DNA from: Candidatus Multivoradales bacterium | GTDB taxonomy: Bacteria; Acidobacteriota; Thermoanaerobaculia; Multivoradales; Multivoraceae | Length of the DNA stretch: 64,000 nt | NCBI GenBank assembly: GCA_965223325.1 | Contig: CBDCWI010000002.1 | Location: forward strand, 2,144,001 to 2,208,000 | Direction: 5' to 3' | Part shown: positions 38,551 through 47,573 of the stretch, in pieces | Numbering within the stretch: position 1 is the stretch's first letter | Layout: each line of letters starts with the position of its first letter | Translations under genes and position numbers: made by a program | Notes under the pieces: model-generated | Databases searched by the model: none | What the model was told of the DNA's origin: nothing | The model's input: the letters and a program-made list of their open reading frames with translations, nothing else

Positions 38551-39792
38551 ATGGATCTGCACGACACCCCTGAACAAGCCGAGTTTCGTGCCGAGTGTCG
38601 CGCCTGGATCGACGCCAACGCCCCGCATGACCTTCGGCCGGCGCTCGAAGCTTCGAGCTTCGGTCGCTCCGCCCTCGGGGAAGAGGAGTACCTCGCGGCG
38701 TCGCGCGCCTGGCAGGCCAAGAAGGCCGACGCCGGCTGGGCGTGCCTGAACTGGCCCAAGGAATACGGCGGCCGCGGCGCGACCCCCATCGAGCGCGTTA
38801 TCTGGTCGCAAGAAGAAGGTATTTATGCCTCTCTCTCCGGCGTCTTCGTCATCGGGCTCGGCATGTGCGGGCCTACCCTGATGGCCTATGCCAGCGAAGA
38901 ACAAAAACGCGAACACCTGCCCCCGATGGCGCGTGGCGACGTCATCTGGTGCCAGTTGTTCTCAGAACCCGGCGCCGGCTCAGACCTCGCCGGCCTGCGC
39001 ACGCGTGCCGAGCGCGACGGTGACGAGTGGGTGGTCAACGGCCAGAAGGTGTGGACTTCCGGCGCCCAGCACAGCGACTGGGGCATCCTGGTCACCCGTT
39101 CGGACTTTTCGGTGCCCAAGCACAAGGGCCTGACCTACTTCTTTCTCGACATGAACTCGCCTGGCATCGAAGTGCGACCGATTCAGCAGGCGCACGGATC
39201 GGCCGGCTTCAACGAGGTCTTTCTCTCCAACGTTCGCATTCCCGACGCCCAGCGGCTCGGCAGTGTCGGCGATGGGTGGGCAGTCGCCATCACCACGCTG
39301 ATGAACGAACGCCTTGCCATCGGTGCCGGTGCTGGGACCGGCTGGGCCGACCTGTTCGAGTTCGCGAAGACGTTCGAGCTCGAAGACGGTCGCGCCATCG
39401 ACGACCCTTCGGTGCGCGCTCGCATCGCCGAGTGGTACGTCGCCACGATGGGTCTGCGCTACACCGGCTACCGCGCGATCTCAGCCATTGCCCAGGGCAA
39501 GATGCCCGGGCCCGAGAACTCGATCTCCAAGGTGGTCGCTGGCAACACCATGCAACTCGTCGCCACAACCGGTCTCGAGATTCAGGAGATGGCCGGCATC
39601 ATCACCGAAGCCGACAAGACCGTCAGCGACGGCAAGTTCCCGGCGATGATGATGCGCTCGCTCGGCATGCGCATCGAAGGCGGAACCGACGAGATCCTCA
39701 AGAACATCATCGCCGAGCGCGTCCTCGGCCTACCGGGCGACATTCGCGTCGACCGCGATGTCGCCTTCACCGACATCCCGAGCGGGGGCTAG
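38551..39792 (+). CDS. Acyl-CoA dehydrogenase
   Basis: WCQLFSEPGAGSDLA, NGQKVWTS, FNEVF and EGGTDEI motifs. Confidence 0.93.
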   Translation: MDLHDTPEQAEFRAECRAWIDANAPHDLRPALEASSFGRSALGEEEYLAASRAWQAKKADAGWACLNWPKEYGGRGATPIERVIWSQEEGIYASLSGVFVIGLGMCGPTLMAYASEEQKREHLPPMARGDVIWCQLFSEPGAGSDLAGLRTRAERDGDEWVVNGQKVWTSGAQHSDWGILVTRSDFSVPKHKGLTYFFLDMNSPGIEVRPIQQAHGSAGFNEVFLSNVRIPDAQRLGSVGDGWAVAITTLMNERLAIGAGAGTGWADLFEFAKTFELEDGRAIDDPSVRARIAEWYVATMGLRYTGYRAISAIAQGKMPGPENSISKVVAGNTMQLVATTGLEIQEMAGIITEADKTVSDGKFPAMMMRSLGMRIEGGTDEILKNIIAERVLGLPGDIRVDRDVAFTDIPSGG

Positions 39793-39807
39793 GAGAGCTC
39801 GCCCGAC

Positions 39808-40314
39808 TCAGCTGGGCCCAGACAACTCGCTGAGCACTGCCCGCATCGACAGAAAGCCGGCGAGCTTCTGATCGCTCCCCATCACCGGCAGGTGGCGAAA
39901 GCCGTCAACGCCCATGCGATGAAGGGCAAAGGCCAGCCGATCGTCTTTGCGCACGGTGAACGGGTTGCGCGTCATCGCCTGATCGACCCGCGTCTCCTCC
40001 GGGTCGCGGTCGCGCGCGAGAATCCGGGTCGCGATGTCGCGCTCCGTGAGAACGCCAACCAGCTCTCCCTGGTCACAGACGAAGACACAGCCTTCGCGTG
40101 CCTCGACCATCGCGGTGATGGCATCGGCGACTGAGTCTTCGGGCGCTACGACCAGGCTCTCTTTGAGCGGCAGGCGCGAGACGCGCTGGGCCAGTTTCGG
40201 ATCTTCGGGGTCGATTCCCCAGGCGCGAACGTCGAGACCGGCCATGTCGAGACCGCAGCCGTCGCAGTAGTCGGTGCCCTCGAAGTTGTCGTGCTCACAT
40301 GCTGGGCAACGCAT
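39808..40314 (-). CDS. Zinc-ribbon plus CBS-pair protein
   Basis: CPAC..N..G...CDGC N-terminus; GVLTERD and GFRHLPV motifs. Confidence 0.88.
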   Translation of the reverse strand: MRCPACEHDNFEGTDYCDGCGLDMAGLDVRAWGIDPEDPKLAQRVSRLPLKESLVVAPEDSVADAITAMVEAREGCVFVCDQGELVGVLTERDIATRILARDRDPEETRVDQAMTRNPFTVRKDDRLAFALHRMGVDGFRHLPVMGSDQKLAGFLSMRAVLSELSGPS

Positions 40315-40315
40315 A

Positions 40316-40801
40316 TCAGCCGCCCTCCGCCTGCTTGAACACCTGGTGCAGGCGCGGCGGCAGGTTGAGCGTTTCTTCGGGAACCTGATCGGCCACAAAC
40401 TGCATCAGGTCGTTGGCGGACAACAAACCCACCAGATCACCGTGGCGATCGACCACCACGACGTGGCGGTGCTTGCGGCGCGCCATCACGTCGATGGCAA
40501 CGTCGAGCGTGGCCTGCCGCCGCACGGTAACCGCCGGTTGGCTCATCACTTCTTCGACCAACACCCGCTGACGTCCCGAAGAGTTTCTGAGCCGCGCATC
40601 GCTTTGACCGTAGAGCACATCACGTTCGGTAAGCACACCTCGCGGTTTCCCGTTCTCGCTGATGACGATCGCCCCGCGCCGTGAACGCACCAGCTGCTGT
40701 AGCGCCTGCTGCACCGTCGCTTTCGGTGGCAGGTCGGGAGCTGGAAGGGGGCCAAGATCGAGAATTCGAGTCCCGCGAATCGACTCGCGTAGTGTGCTCA
40801 T
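40316..40801 (-). CDS. CBS-pair protein
   Basis: GVLTERD, VEEVMS and RHVVVVD motifs. Confidence 0.88.
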   Translation of the reverse strand: MSTLRESIRGTRILDLGPLPAPDLPPKATVQQALQQLVRSRRGAIVISENGKPRGVLTERDVLYGQSDARLRNSSGRQRVLVEEVMSQPAVTVRRQATLDVAIDVMARRKHRHVVVVDRHGDLVGLLSANDLMQFVADQVPEETLNLPPRLHQVFKQAEGG

Positions 40802-40890
40802 AGGGGTCCCCCCGTTGTTGTTTGGCTCTTTATCGAAGTCGTTCGATCATAGCGCAAGATCTGCGAAGCCCTGTGCGCCTCCGCCAGGGC

Positions 40891-42000
40891 TCACCGCTGG
40901 AGCGCCAGGAGAGCCGTGCGGGCCTCCTCCACCAGGGTTTCGACGACTTCAGCGACAGTCTTTCTCGACGTCACGAAGGCGACGCTCTGGCCGGCCGGGT
41001 GGTGCATCAGGGGCTCGACCCGATGCTCGTCGATGGCCCCGAGGAGGTCTCCGACCAGAATGTCCTGGAGCGGCATGGGCAGCGCCGGCGGTGCTTCGGG
41101 CGCTGCCCACTCGTCCGACCAGGCGGTGCGGATCTGTCTGAGAGTCTTGCCCGAGTCGGCGCGCGAAATCACGGTGTCTCGGCTTTCGGCGGCCAGGAGC
41201 TTCTCCATCACGATCGGATCGAGAGCGTGTTCCTCGGTCGCTAGCCAGGCGGTGCCCAACCACACACCCTGTGCGCCCATCGCCAGCGCCGCGACAATCT
41301 GCCGCCCGGTGGCGATTCCGCCGGCAGCCAGGACCGGAACGCCTGCCGCCTCGCCCAGGTCAACGATCTGCGGCACCAGCGACATGGTGCCAATCGGACC
41401 AGTGTGCGCCCCCGCATCATGACCCTGGGCCACCAAGAGGTCGACGCCAACCGCCAGGGCCGCCTCGGCATGGCGGGGTGCACCCACCAGGGCGCAGGTC
41501 GTCTTGCCGCCCTTCTTTGCCTGCTCAATGACCTCGAGCGGCGCGCCAATGCCGCACGCAAACAAGTCGACCGATGAAGCAAGCACCGCTTCGACCTGCG
41601 CTGCCGCAATCGCCTCGGAACGAACGAAGCGCGAGCGCCACCCCGGACCGCTGGGCGCCGGCACCTGGTACTTCGCCGCCAGCTCGGCAACGAAGTTGCG
41701 ATGCTGCTCGGGCAACCGCTCCTCGATCGCCTCCCGGTCGTCGTGTTCCGGCATGCCGCGCGGCAAAACGAGATCGACTCCTACCGGACGGTCACCGGCC
41801 AACTCGCAGAGCCGAGTCAGGTGCTGCTCGATCTCTTCGGGTAGATCGCGCGTCGCACCGTAGACCCCAACGCCACCGGCGCGCGAGATCGCCGCCGCTG
41901 CCTCGACGCTGTGAGCGAAGCCAAAGATCGGAAGCGCCGATCCCAGCGTTTCGCAAACCGGAGTGCAGAGAGCGGAGGGCCGTTGCGCATCGGCGGGCAT
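40891..42000 (-). CDS. Nitronate monooxygenase / FabK-like flavoprotein
   Basis: AQG.DAGAHTG, PVLAAGGI.TG and GAQGVWLGT motifs. Confidence 0.88.
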   Translation of the reverse strand: MPADAQRPSALCTPVCETLGSALPIFGFAHSVEAAAAISRAGGVGVYGATRDLPEEIEQHLTRLCELAGDRPVGVDLVLPRGMPEHDDREAIEERLPEQHRNFVAELAAKYQVPAPSGPGWRSRFVRSEAIAAAQVEAVLASSVDLFACGIGAPLEVIEQAKKGGKTTCALVGAPRHAEAALAVGVDLLVAQGHDAGAHTGPIGTMSLVPQIVDLGEAAGVPVLAAGGIATGRQIVAALAMGAQGVWLGTAWLATEEHALDPIVMEKLLAAESRDTVISRADSGKTLRQIRTAWSDEWAAPEAPPALPMPLQDILVGDLLGAIDEHRVEPLMHHPAGQSVAFVTSRKTVAEVVETLVEEARTALLALQR

Positions 42001-43514
42001 CAGTCAGCCCCGGTTGCCGGAACCTGTGGGTCGCCAGCGAGCGACGCGCGAACCTCGTCCATCTCCTCGGCAGCCCCTTCAGGGGCGCGGGTCAGAAGGC
42101 TCACTGCGACCGCGAACGCCATTCCCACGATGAAGCCCGGAATCAGCTCATAGAGGTTCGCCGTGTCGTCTTTCCACACCAGTACCCAGGCAACCGTGGT
42201 CACGAAGCCCGTCACCATACCGGCGAGGGCACCCTCGCGCGAAATACGGGGCCACCACAACGACAGGAGAACCGGGGGCAGGAAAGCGGCCGCGAGTCCC
42301 GACCAGGCAAAGAGCACGAACCAGAACAGAAGGGGTGGCTGAAGGAGCGCCAGGGGCAGCGCCGCTAGACCGATGGCGGCGGTCGTATAGCGGCCCCAGC
42401 GCGCCAGCAGCTGTGGGTCGTCTTCGGTGTGCAAGATCTTCTGGAAGAAGTCACGCACCACCGCCGACGACGCCAGGATCAAGAGCGAGTCGACGGTCGA
42501 CATGATCGCGCCGAGCACGATCACCAGGAACACGCCCGTCACCAGTGCCGGGAAGAGTTCGTCCGAAAGCTGCGGCATGATGGTCTCGGGGTCGAGGAGA
42601 CCAGGGTGGAGCGCGCGGCCGGCGATCCCCGTTAGTACGGCACCGAAGTCGAAGACAAGCACGCAGACAACGGCGATCAGACCACCGTGCCGGATATCGC
42701 GCCCCGAACGCGCCGACATGAAGCGCACCAGGAGCTGCGGCACACCAAGAAACGCGAGGCCGATGAAGCCGAAACTGGCGGCCGAGGCGATGCCCGTCGG
42801 TGTCACACCGAGATGGCCCATCGCCAGGAGCAAGGTCGGGTCATCGGCCCGCAGCGTTTCGATGACCGGAGTCCAACCGCCGGCCGCTGCAAACGCCGCG
42901 ACTGGCAGGAGCACCAGCCCCGCAGCCATCAACAAACCTTGCACCAGGTCGCTATAGGCGACCGCTTTGAAGCCACCCACAGCGGTGTAGAACATCGTCA
43001 CCGCCAGACCGACCAGCACTCCTAGAACGTAGGGGATGCCCAGAAAGGTCGCGAAAGCCTTGCCGGAGGCGACGAGCTGTGCCGAGCAGTAGACCGCCAC
43101 CATCGACAGAATCACCACCAGCGACACCTTGCGAAGCCACTGGCCACTGGCGACGCTGCCAGGGAAGCGCGCCTCGAGATAGTCGGGCACGGTGATCGCG
43201 CCGTAACGATCGGTATAGGCCTTGAAGCGGCGGGCGATGACCGTCCAGGCGAGCGCGACACCCAGGGCCTCTCCCAGCACCACCCAGAGTGCGTGAAAAC
43301 CGACCGCGTAGCCCATTCCGGTGAGCCCAAGGAGCAGCCAGCCGCTCTCACCCGTGGCGTTGGCTGAAAACGCGACCACCCACGACGGCAGTTTCTTACC
43401 GGCCAGGAAGTACCCTTCGAGACTGTCGCCGCTCGAGCGACTCCAGAGCCCCAGCACCAAGAGCACCAGCATGTAGAGAAAGAGCGGAACCAGAACGGCA
43501 ACGGAAGCGGTCAT
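42000..43514 (-). CDS. putP: Sodium/proline symporter (SSS family)
   Basis: SANATGESGWLLLGL.G, GGFKAV..SD..QG and AIMSTVDS motifs. Confidence 0.85.
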   Translation of the reverse strand: MTASVAVLVPLFLYMLVLLVLGLWSRSSGDSLEGYFLAGKKLPSWVVAFSANATGESGWLLLGLTGMGYAVGFHALWVVLGEALGVALAWTVIARRFKAYTDRYGAITVPDYLEARFPGSVASGQWLRKVSLVVILSMVAVYCSAQLVASGKAFATFLGIPYVLGVLVGLAVTMFYTAVGGFKAVAYSDLVQGLLMAAGLVLLPVAAFAAAGGWTPVIETLRADDPTLLLAMGHLGVTPTGIASAASFGFIGLAFLGVPQLLVRFMSARSGRDIRHGGLIAVVCVLVFDFGAVLTGIAGRALHPGLLDPETIMPQLSDELFPALVTGVFLVIVLGAIMSTVDSLLILASSAVVRDFFQKILHTEDDPQLLARWGRYTTAAIGLAALPLALLQPPLLFWFVLFAWSGLAAAFLPPVLLSLWWPRISREGALAGMVTGFVTTVAWVLVWKDDTANLYELIPGFIVGMAFAVAVSLLTRAPEGAAEEMDEVRASLAGDPQVPATGAD

Positions 43515-43684
43515 TGCGCCTCCTCACGAGGCCGTCGACGCTCGGAGGACGAGCCGCCGCTCCAGAAGAAGATCAGAGCGACCGCGAGCGGAAGAACGAC
43601 ACTGGCAATCGCCAGGACAACGACCGACCAAGGTAGGCCCAGGGCGAGGGTGGCCAGCGAAAGAACCGAACTGAGGTGAGTCAT
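43511..43684 (-). CDS. 57-aa small membrane protein upstream of putP
   Basis: Below the ORF-track cutoff. MTHLSSVLSLATLALGLPWSVVVLAIASVVLPLAVALIFFWSGG...EEAQ; ATGA overlap with putP; TATACT 7 nt before the ATG. Confidence 0.75.
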   Translation of the reverse strand: MTHLSSVLSLATLALGLPWSVVVLAIASVVLPLAVALIFFWSGGSSSERRRPREEAQ

Positions 43685-43773
43685 GACCGGCAGTATAGGC
43701 GTCGAGCCCTCTGACCCTGGTCGGCTAGTCTGGCCCCTGACGTGCTGTTGGCGAACTGCCGCAAGAGGAATCG

Positions 43774-44955
43774 TTGGTGAATCTCGTTCTCGCTCAAGTC
43801 GAAACGCCAGCTGTTGTCATCGACAGGTCGCGCCTGGACCGCAACCTGGAACGCATGCAGGAGCGAGCCGAACGGCACGGCGTCGCACTGCGACCGCACA
43901 TCAAGACCCACAAATCGATCGAGATCGCCCGCCGACAGCTCGCCCTCGGCGCCAAGGGCATCACCTGCGCCAAGTCAGAAGAAGCAGCGGTGTTCGCCGA
44001 GGCAGGGTTCGACGACATCAGGCTCGCCTATACCGTCGTCGCGCCGGCGGCCCTCGACCGTCTGGCACAGCTCTCGTCCCGGGCGCGGATCTCGTTCTGC
44101 GTCGACAGTCTGATGGGCGTCGAAGCCGCACAGCAGGCCTTCGCCGCGTCGGGCCACACAGCTGAACTTCTAGTCGAGGTCGACTGCGGCTACGGGCGAA
44201 GCGGTGTGCGGCCGCTCGACGAACGAGCCCTCGAGGTTGCGCGCTCCGTCGTTCAGACACCGGCACTCCAGCTGCGCGGCATTCTGACGCACGCCGGTCA
44301 GGCCTACCATTCACCCCGCGACGGCGAGACCGCCGGCTGTGCTCTCGAGCGCCGCATGAAGCACGAGCGCGACGTGATGCTCGACTTCCGCGACCGACTA
44401 CTCTCCTCCGGCCTCACGCTTTCACCCGACTTTGAAGTGAGCGTCGGCTCGACGCCCACGGCATCACGCTTCGCGCAGGAAGACTCGGGCGACAGGAAAG
44501 TCACCGAACTGCGCCCCGGGAACTACGTCTTCACCGACCTCACCCAGGTTGATCTCGGTGCGGTCCAGCTCGACGACTGCGCTCTTTCCGTTCTAGCGAC
44601 AGTGGTCAGCACTGAGCACGAGTCCGACGGAGTGACCCGGGTCATTCTCGACGCTGGCAAGAAGGTCTTCACTTCCGATCGACGACTCGGCCAAGAAGGG
44701 TACGGCCTCATCCTCGAAGAAGCGCGGCTCGACGAGCGGCCTCTTCGCCCGTGGCCCGGGGCGGAGATTCACGCCCTTTCCGAGGAGCACGGCTGGTGCC
44801 GATTCACCGAGCGGGCGCCCGCTGTTGGCGATCGTGTACGAGTGATTCCCAACCACGCCTGCGTCGTCGTCGACACCCGCGCCGAGCTGGTCCTGGCCGA
44901 GGACGAGCGTGTGCAGGCGATCCTGCCAGTCGATGCGCGCGGCAAGAGCGCCTGA
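43774..44955 (+). CDS. PLP fold-III enzyme (D-threonine aldolase / D-serine dehydratase-like)
   Basis: TPAVVID, LRPHIKTHK, GSTPT, RPGNYVF, SEEHG and PNHAC motifs. Confidence 0.9.
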   Translation: MVNLVLAQVETPAVVIDRSRLDRNLERMQERAERHGVALRPHIKTHKSIEIARRQLALGAKGITCAKSEEAAVFAEAGFDDIRLAYTVVAPAALDRLAQLSSRARISFCVDSLMGVEAAQQAFAASGHTAELLVEVDCGYGRSGVRPLDERALEVARSVVQTPALQLRGILTHAGQAYHSPRDGETAGCALERRMKHERDVMLDFRDRLLSSGLTLSPDFEVSVGSTPTASRFAQEDSGDRKVTELRPGNYVFTDLTQVDLGAVQLDDCALSVLATVVSTEHESDGVTRVILDAGKKVFTSDRRLGQEGYGLILEEARLDERPLRPWPGAEIHALSEEHGWCRFTERAPAVGDRVRVIPNHACVVVDTRAELVLAEDERVQAILPVDARGKSA

Positions 44956-45119
44956 CCGGCGGCCCGGCGCCCTCTGGTTGATGACCTTCCGATGACCGAA
45001 TCTCGGCCGCGGCCGCGCTATTCTCGGCCCCCCCCTTTTGATCTCGCGCGCTGGCGAGAATCACACCTCGAGCCGCTCACCTCGGCGCCAGGTGGCGTCC
45101 TGGAAGCAGGAGACAACCC

Positions 45120-46280
45120 GTGCCATTCCTCACCCCAATCCTCGAACACTCGTCGCCTCGCCGCGGAGGCAAAGCTCCGCTCGCGCTTGGCCTGCTCTCT
45201 GCCCTCACCATCGCGACAGCGTTGCTTCCACTCGCCGCGGCAGCCGACGAGCCAAACGAGGCCGACTTTCTCTCCCAGATTCGTCGCTTGACCTACGACG
45301 GGCTGCGAGCCGGCGAAGGCTACTTCTCGGCTGACGGCAAGAAGATGGTCCTCCAGAGCGAACGCCTCGAGGACAATCCCTTCTACCAGATCTATCTGCT
45401 CGACCTCGAGACTGGCGACACCACCCCGGTGTCGAACGGCACCGGAAAAACCACCTGCGCCTTCATTCGCCCAGGAACCGGCGAGGTGATGTACGCCTCG
45501 ACTCACCATGACCCCCGAGCACCTGACGCACAGCGCGAAGAGCTCGAGTTTCGCGCCTCCGGGAAAGAGCGGCGCTACGCCTGGGATTACGACCCCGAAA
45601 TGGAAATCTGGGTCACCGACCCCGAGACCCGCGAGAGCAAGCGGCTCACCAACGCGCGCGGCTACGACGCCGAGGGCAGCTACTCACCCGACGGCGAATG
45701 GATCGTCTTCGCATCCAACCGCCAGGCTTTCGCGCGCGACCTGACCGCCGAGGAAGAGAAGCAGCTCGAAATCGACCCCGCCTGGTTCGCCGACCTCTAT
45801 CGCATGAAGGCCGACGGCACCGCACTCGAACGCCTCACCGACACGCCCGGCTACGACGGCGGGCCGTTCTACTTTCCCGACGGCGATCGCATCATCTGGC
45901 GACGCTTCAGTGAAGACGGCCTGACGGCAGACATCTACTCCGCCAAACCAGACGGCAGCGATGTGAAGAGGCTCACCGACTTCGGCGCCATGAGCTGGGC
46001 GCCCTACGTTCACCCCTCCGGCAAGTACGTCTTGTTTGCGAGCAACAAACTCGGCTTCGCCAACTTCGAGATCTTCATGGTCGATACCGCCGGCACCCGT
46101 GAGCCCGTCCAGGTCACCACCAAAGACGGCTTCGATGGCCTGCCCGTTCCCACACCCGACGGTCGCGCCCTCTCCTGGACGTCGACCCGCCACGGTGAGA
46201 AGGGTGGCCAGATCTTCATCGGCCAGTGGAATCACGAAGCGGCGCTGGCGGCCCTGGCGAAGGCTCCTCTAAGGGAGTAG
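45120..46280 (+). CDS. Exported TolB-like PD40 beta-propeller protein
   Basis: RAGEGYFS.DG, GYDAEGSYSPDG and GYDGGPF repeats; signal peptide. Confidence 0.88.
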   Translation: MPFLTPILEHSSPRRGGKAPLALGLLSALTIATALLPLAAAADEPNEADFLSQIRRLTYDGLRAGEGYFSADGKKMVLQSERLEDNPFYQIYLLDLETGDTTPVSNGTGKTTCAFIRPGTGEVMYASTHHDPRAPDAQREELEFRASGKERRYAWDYDPEMEIWVTDPETRESKRLTNARGYDAEGSYSPDGEWIVFASNRQAFARDLTAEEEKQLEIDPAWFADLYRMKADGTALERLTDTPGYDGGPFYFPDGDRIIWRRFSEDGLTADIYSAKPDGSDVKRLTDFGAMSWAPYVHPSGKYVLFASNKLGFANFEIFMVDTAGTREPVQVTTKDGFDGLPVPTPDGRALSWTSTRHGEKGGQIFIGQWNHEAALAALAKAPLRE

Positions 46281-46319
46281 AACCGGGCGATGTCGCCGCC
46301 CTCTCGCTACACTTCGACT

Positions 46320-46901
46320 ATGGATCGAGCGCAACGCCGAAAGATGATGGACGGTCTCGCCGACGAGCGCGACGACCTGACGAGGCGCCTCCTCGCCCTG
46401 GCACTGTTGACGGAGCGCCTCGAGAGAGACCAGATCCAACCCATTCTGGTGGGCGGAATGGCTCTCGAGCTCTACACTGCGGGAGGGTACTCGACCGGCG
46501 ACGTCGATCTGGCGCTGCCAATGGCCGCGGAGGTGGACGAAGCGTTCGCCGAGTTGGGGTTCGAGAAACGCGGGCGCTTCTGGATCCAAGAAGAGCTCGA
46601 CCTCTACTTCGAAGCGCCGGCTCCTGCCGGACTTCCCGGTGAGAACGCGCCGCGGGGCATCTTCGAGATCGAGGGTCTGAACGTCCATGTGATCGGCGTC
46701 GAGGATCTCTTGCTCGACCGTCTTCGCGCCTGGGTCCACTGGCAGAGCACCGAGGACGAGCGATGGAGCCGCCGGCTCGCTACTCTCTACTTCGACCGTC
46801 TCGACTGGAAGTATCTCCTGAAGCGCGCCGGAACCGATCGTGAGACGCAGGCGCTCGAATCGCTCAGAAACGATGCGAATCCGGAGAAGCACAGTGACTG
46901 A
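46320..46901 (+). CDS. Pol-beta-like nucleotidyltransferase (DUF6036-like)
   Basis: VGG.A...Y..G.Y.TGDVDL and EDL..DRL motifs. Confidence 0.75.
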   Translation: MDRAQRRKMMDGLADERDDLTRRLLALALLTERLERDQIQPILVGGMALELYTAGGYSTGDVDLALPMAAEVDEAFAELGFEKRGRFWIQEELDLYFEAPAPAGLPGENAPRGIFEIEGLNVHVIGVEDLLLDRLRAWVHWQSTEDERWSRRLATLYFDRLDWKYLLKRAGTDRETQALESLRNDANPEKHSD

Positions 46902-47133
46902 ATCGCAGGCCGAGACACGAGCACTGAACCTCGACGAGTTTCTAAGCGAGGTCCGAGCGCGCAAACGACGGCACTGGTTCCGCATCCTCGAGGGCGAGGG
47001 CCCGGGGCGGGCAGTCGGTCGTCGACCTCGCGACCCTGAGCAGGAACGGGTGCTGCTAGAACGAGACCGCCGAAAGCTCGACGCTTTCTTGAGGACCTAC
47101 CGCTATCGCCGCGAGGGCGAGACGGTGCCATGA
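46894..47133 (+). CDS. Small hypothetical protein coupled to the nucleotidyltransferase
   Basis: GTG overlapping the upstream stop, GGAG RBS; ATGA overlap downstream. Confidence 0.6.
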   Translation: MTESQAETRALNLDEFLSEVRARKRRHWFRILEGEGPGRAVGRRPRDPEQERVLLERDRRKLDAFLRTYRYRREGETVP

Positions 47134-47471
47134 CGTCGTCGGAAAAGAAGCAGGAAAAGGCACGGCAAAAACGCGAGAAGAAAGCAGCAAAGGCTGAGGT
47201 CAAGGCGGAGAAGAAGCGCAGCGCCGAGGCCCCGGCCGAGCCAGGCCCGTCACCCGCGGTGCGCTACGCCGTGTTCGTGCGTGGCGCTCTCTACGTGTTG
47301 ACCGGCGGCTCGCTGGCCACGGCTCTGGTGCTCGGTCAGCGGGGTCTGATCGTTTCGCTCGACGACCTGATCGAGAGCCTCTTCGCCGCCACCGCCGGAA
47401 AAGTCGTCCTCGCCCTCATTGCCGTCGCCCTGGTGATCTACGGGCTCAAGCACCTGCGTCTGGTGCGATGA
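47130..47471 (+). CDS. Hypothetical membrane protein with Lys/Ala/Glu-rich N-terminus
   Basis: Charged low-complexity start followed by two TM segments. Confidence 0.7.
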   Translation: MTSSEKKQEKARQKREKKAAKAEVKAEKKRSAEAPAEPGPSPAVRYAVFVRGALYVLTGGSLATALVLGQRGLIVSLDDLIESLFAATAGKVVLALIAVALVIYGLKHLRLVR

Positions 47472-47573
47472 GCGCCCCTGTACACTCCGCCGAACTCTCA
47501 ATTCAACCGCCGCAAAGCGCCCGTACCGGCCTCGCCCGTTGGTGAGACGAAGGGGGCCCGAACGAGGAAAACA

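Noticed and set aside
46894-47133. HEPN toxin suggested by RARKRRH
   Set aside because: Too short at 79 aa, and the motif sits in a basic low-complexity patch near the N-terminus.
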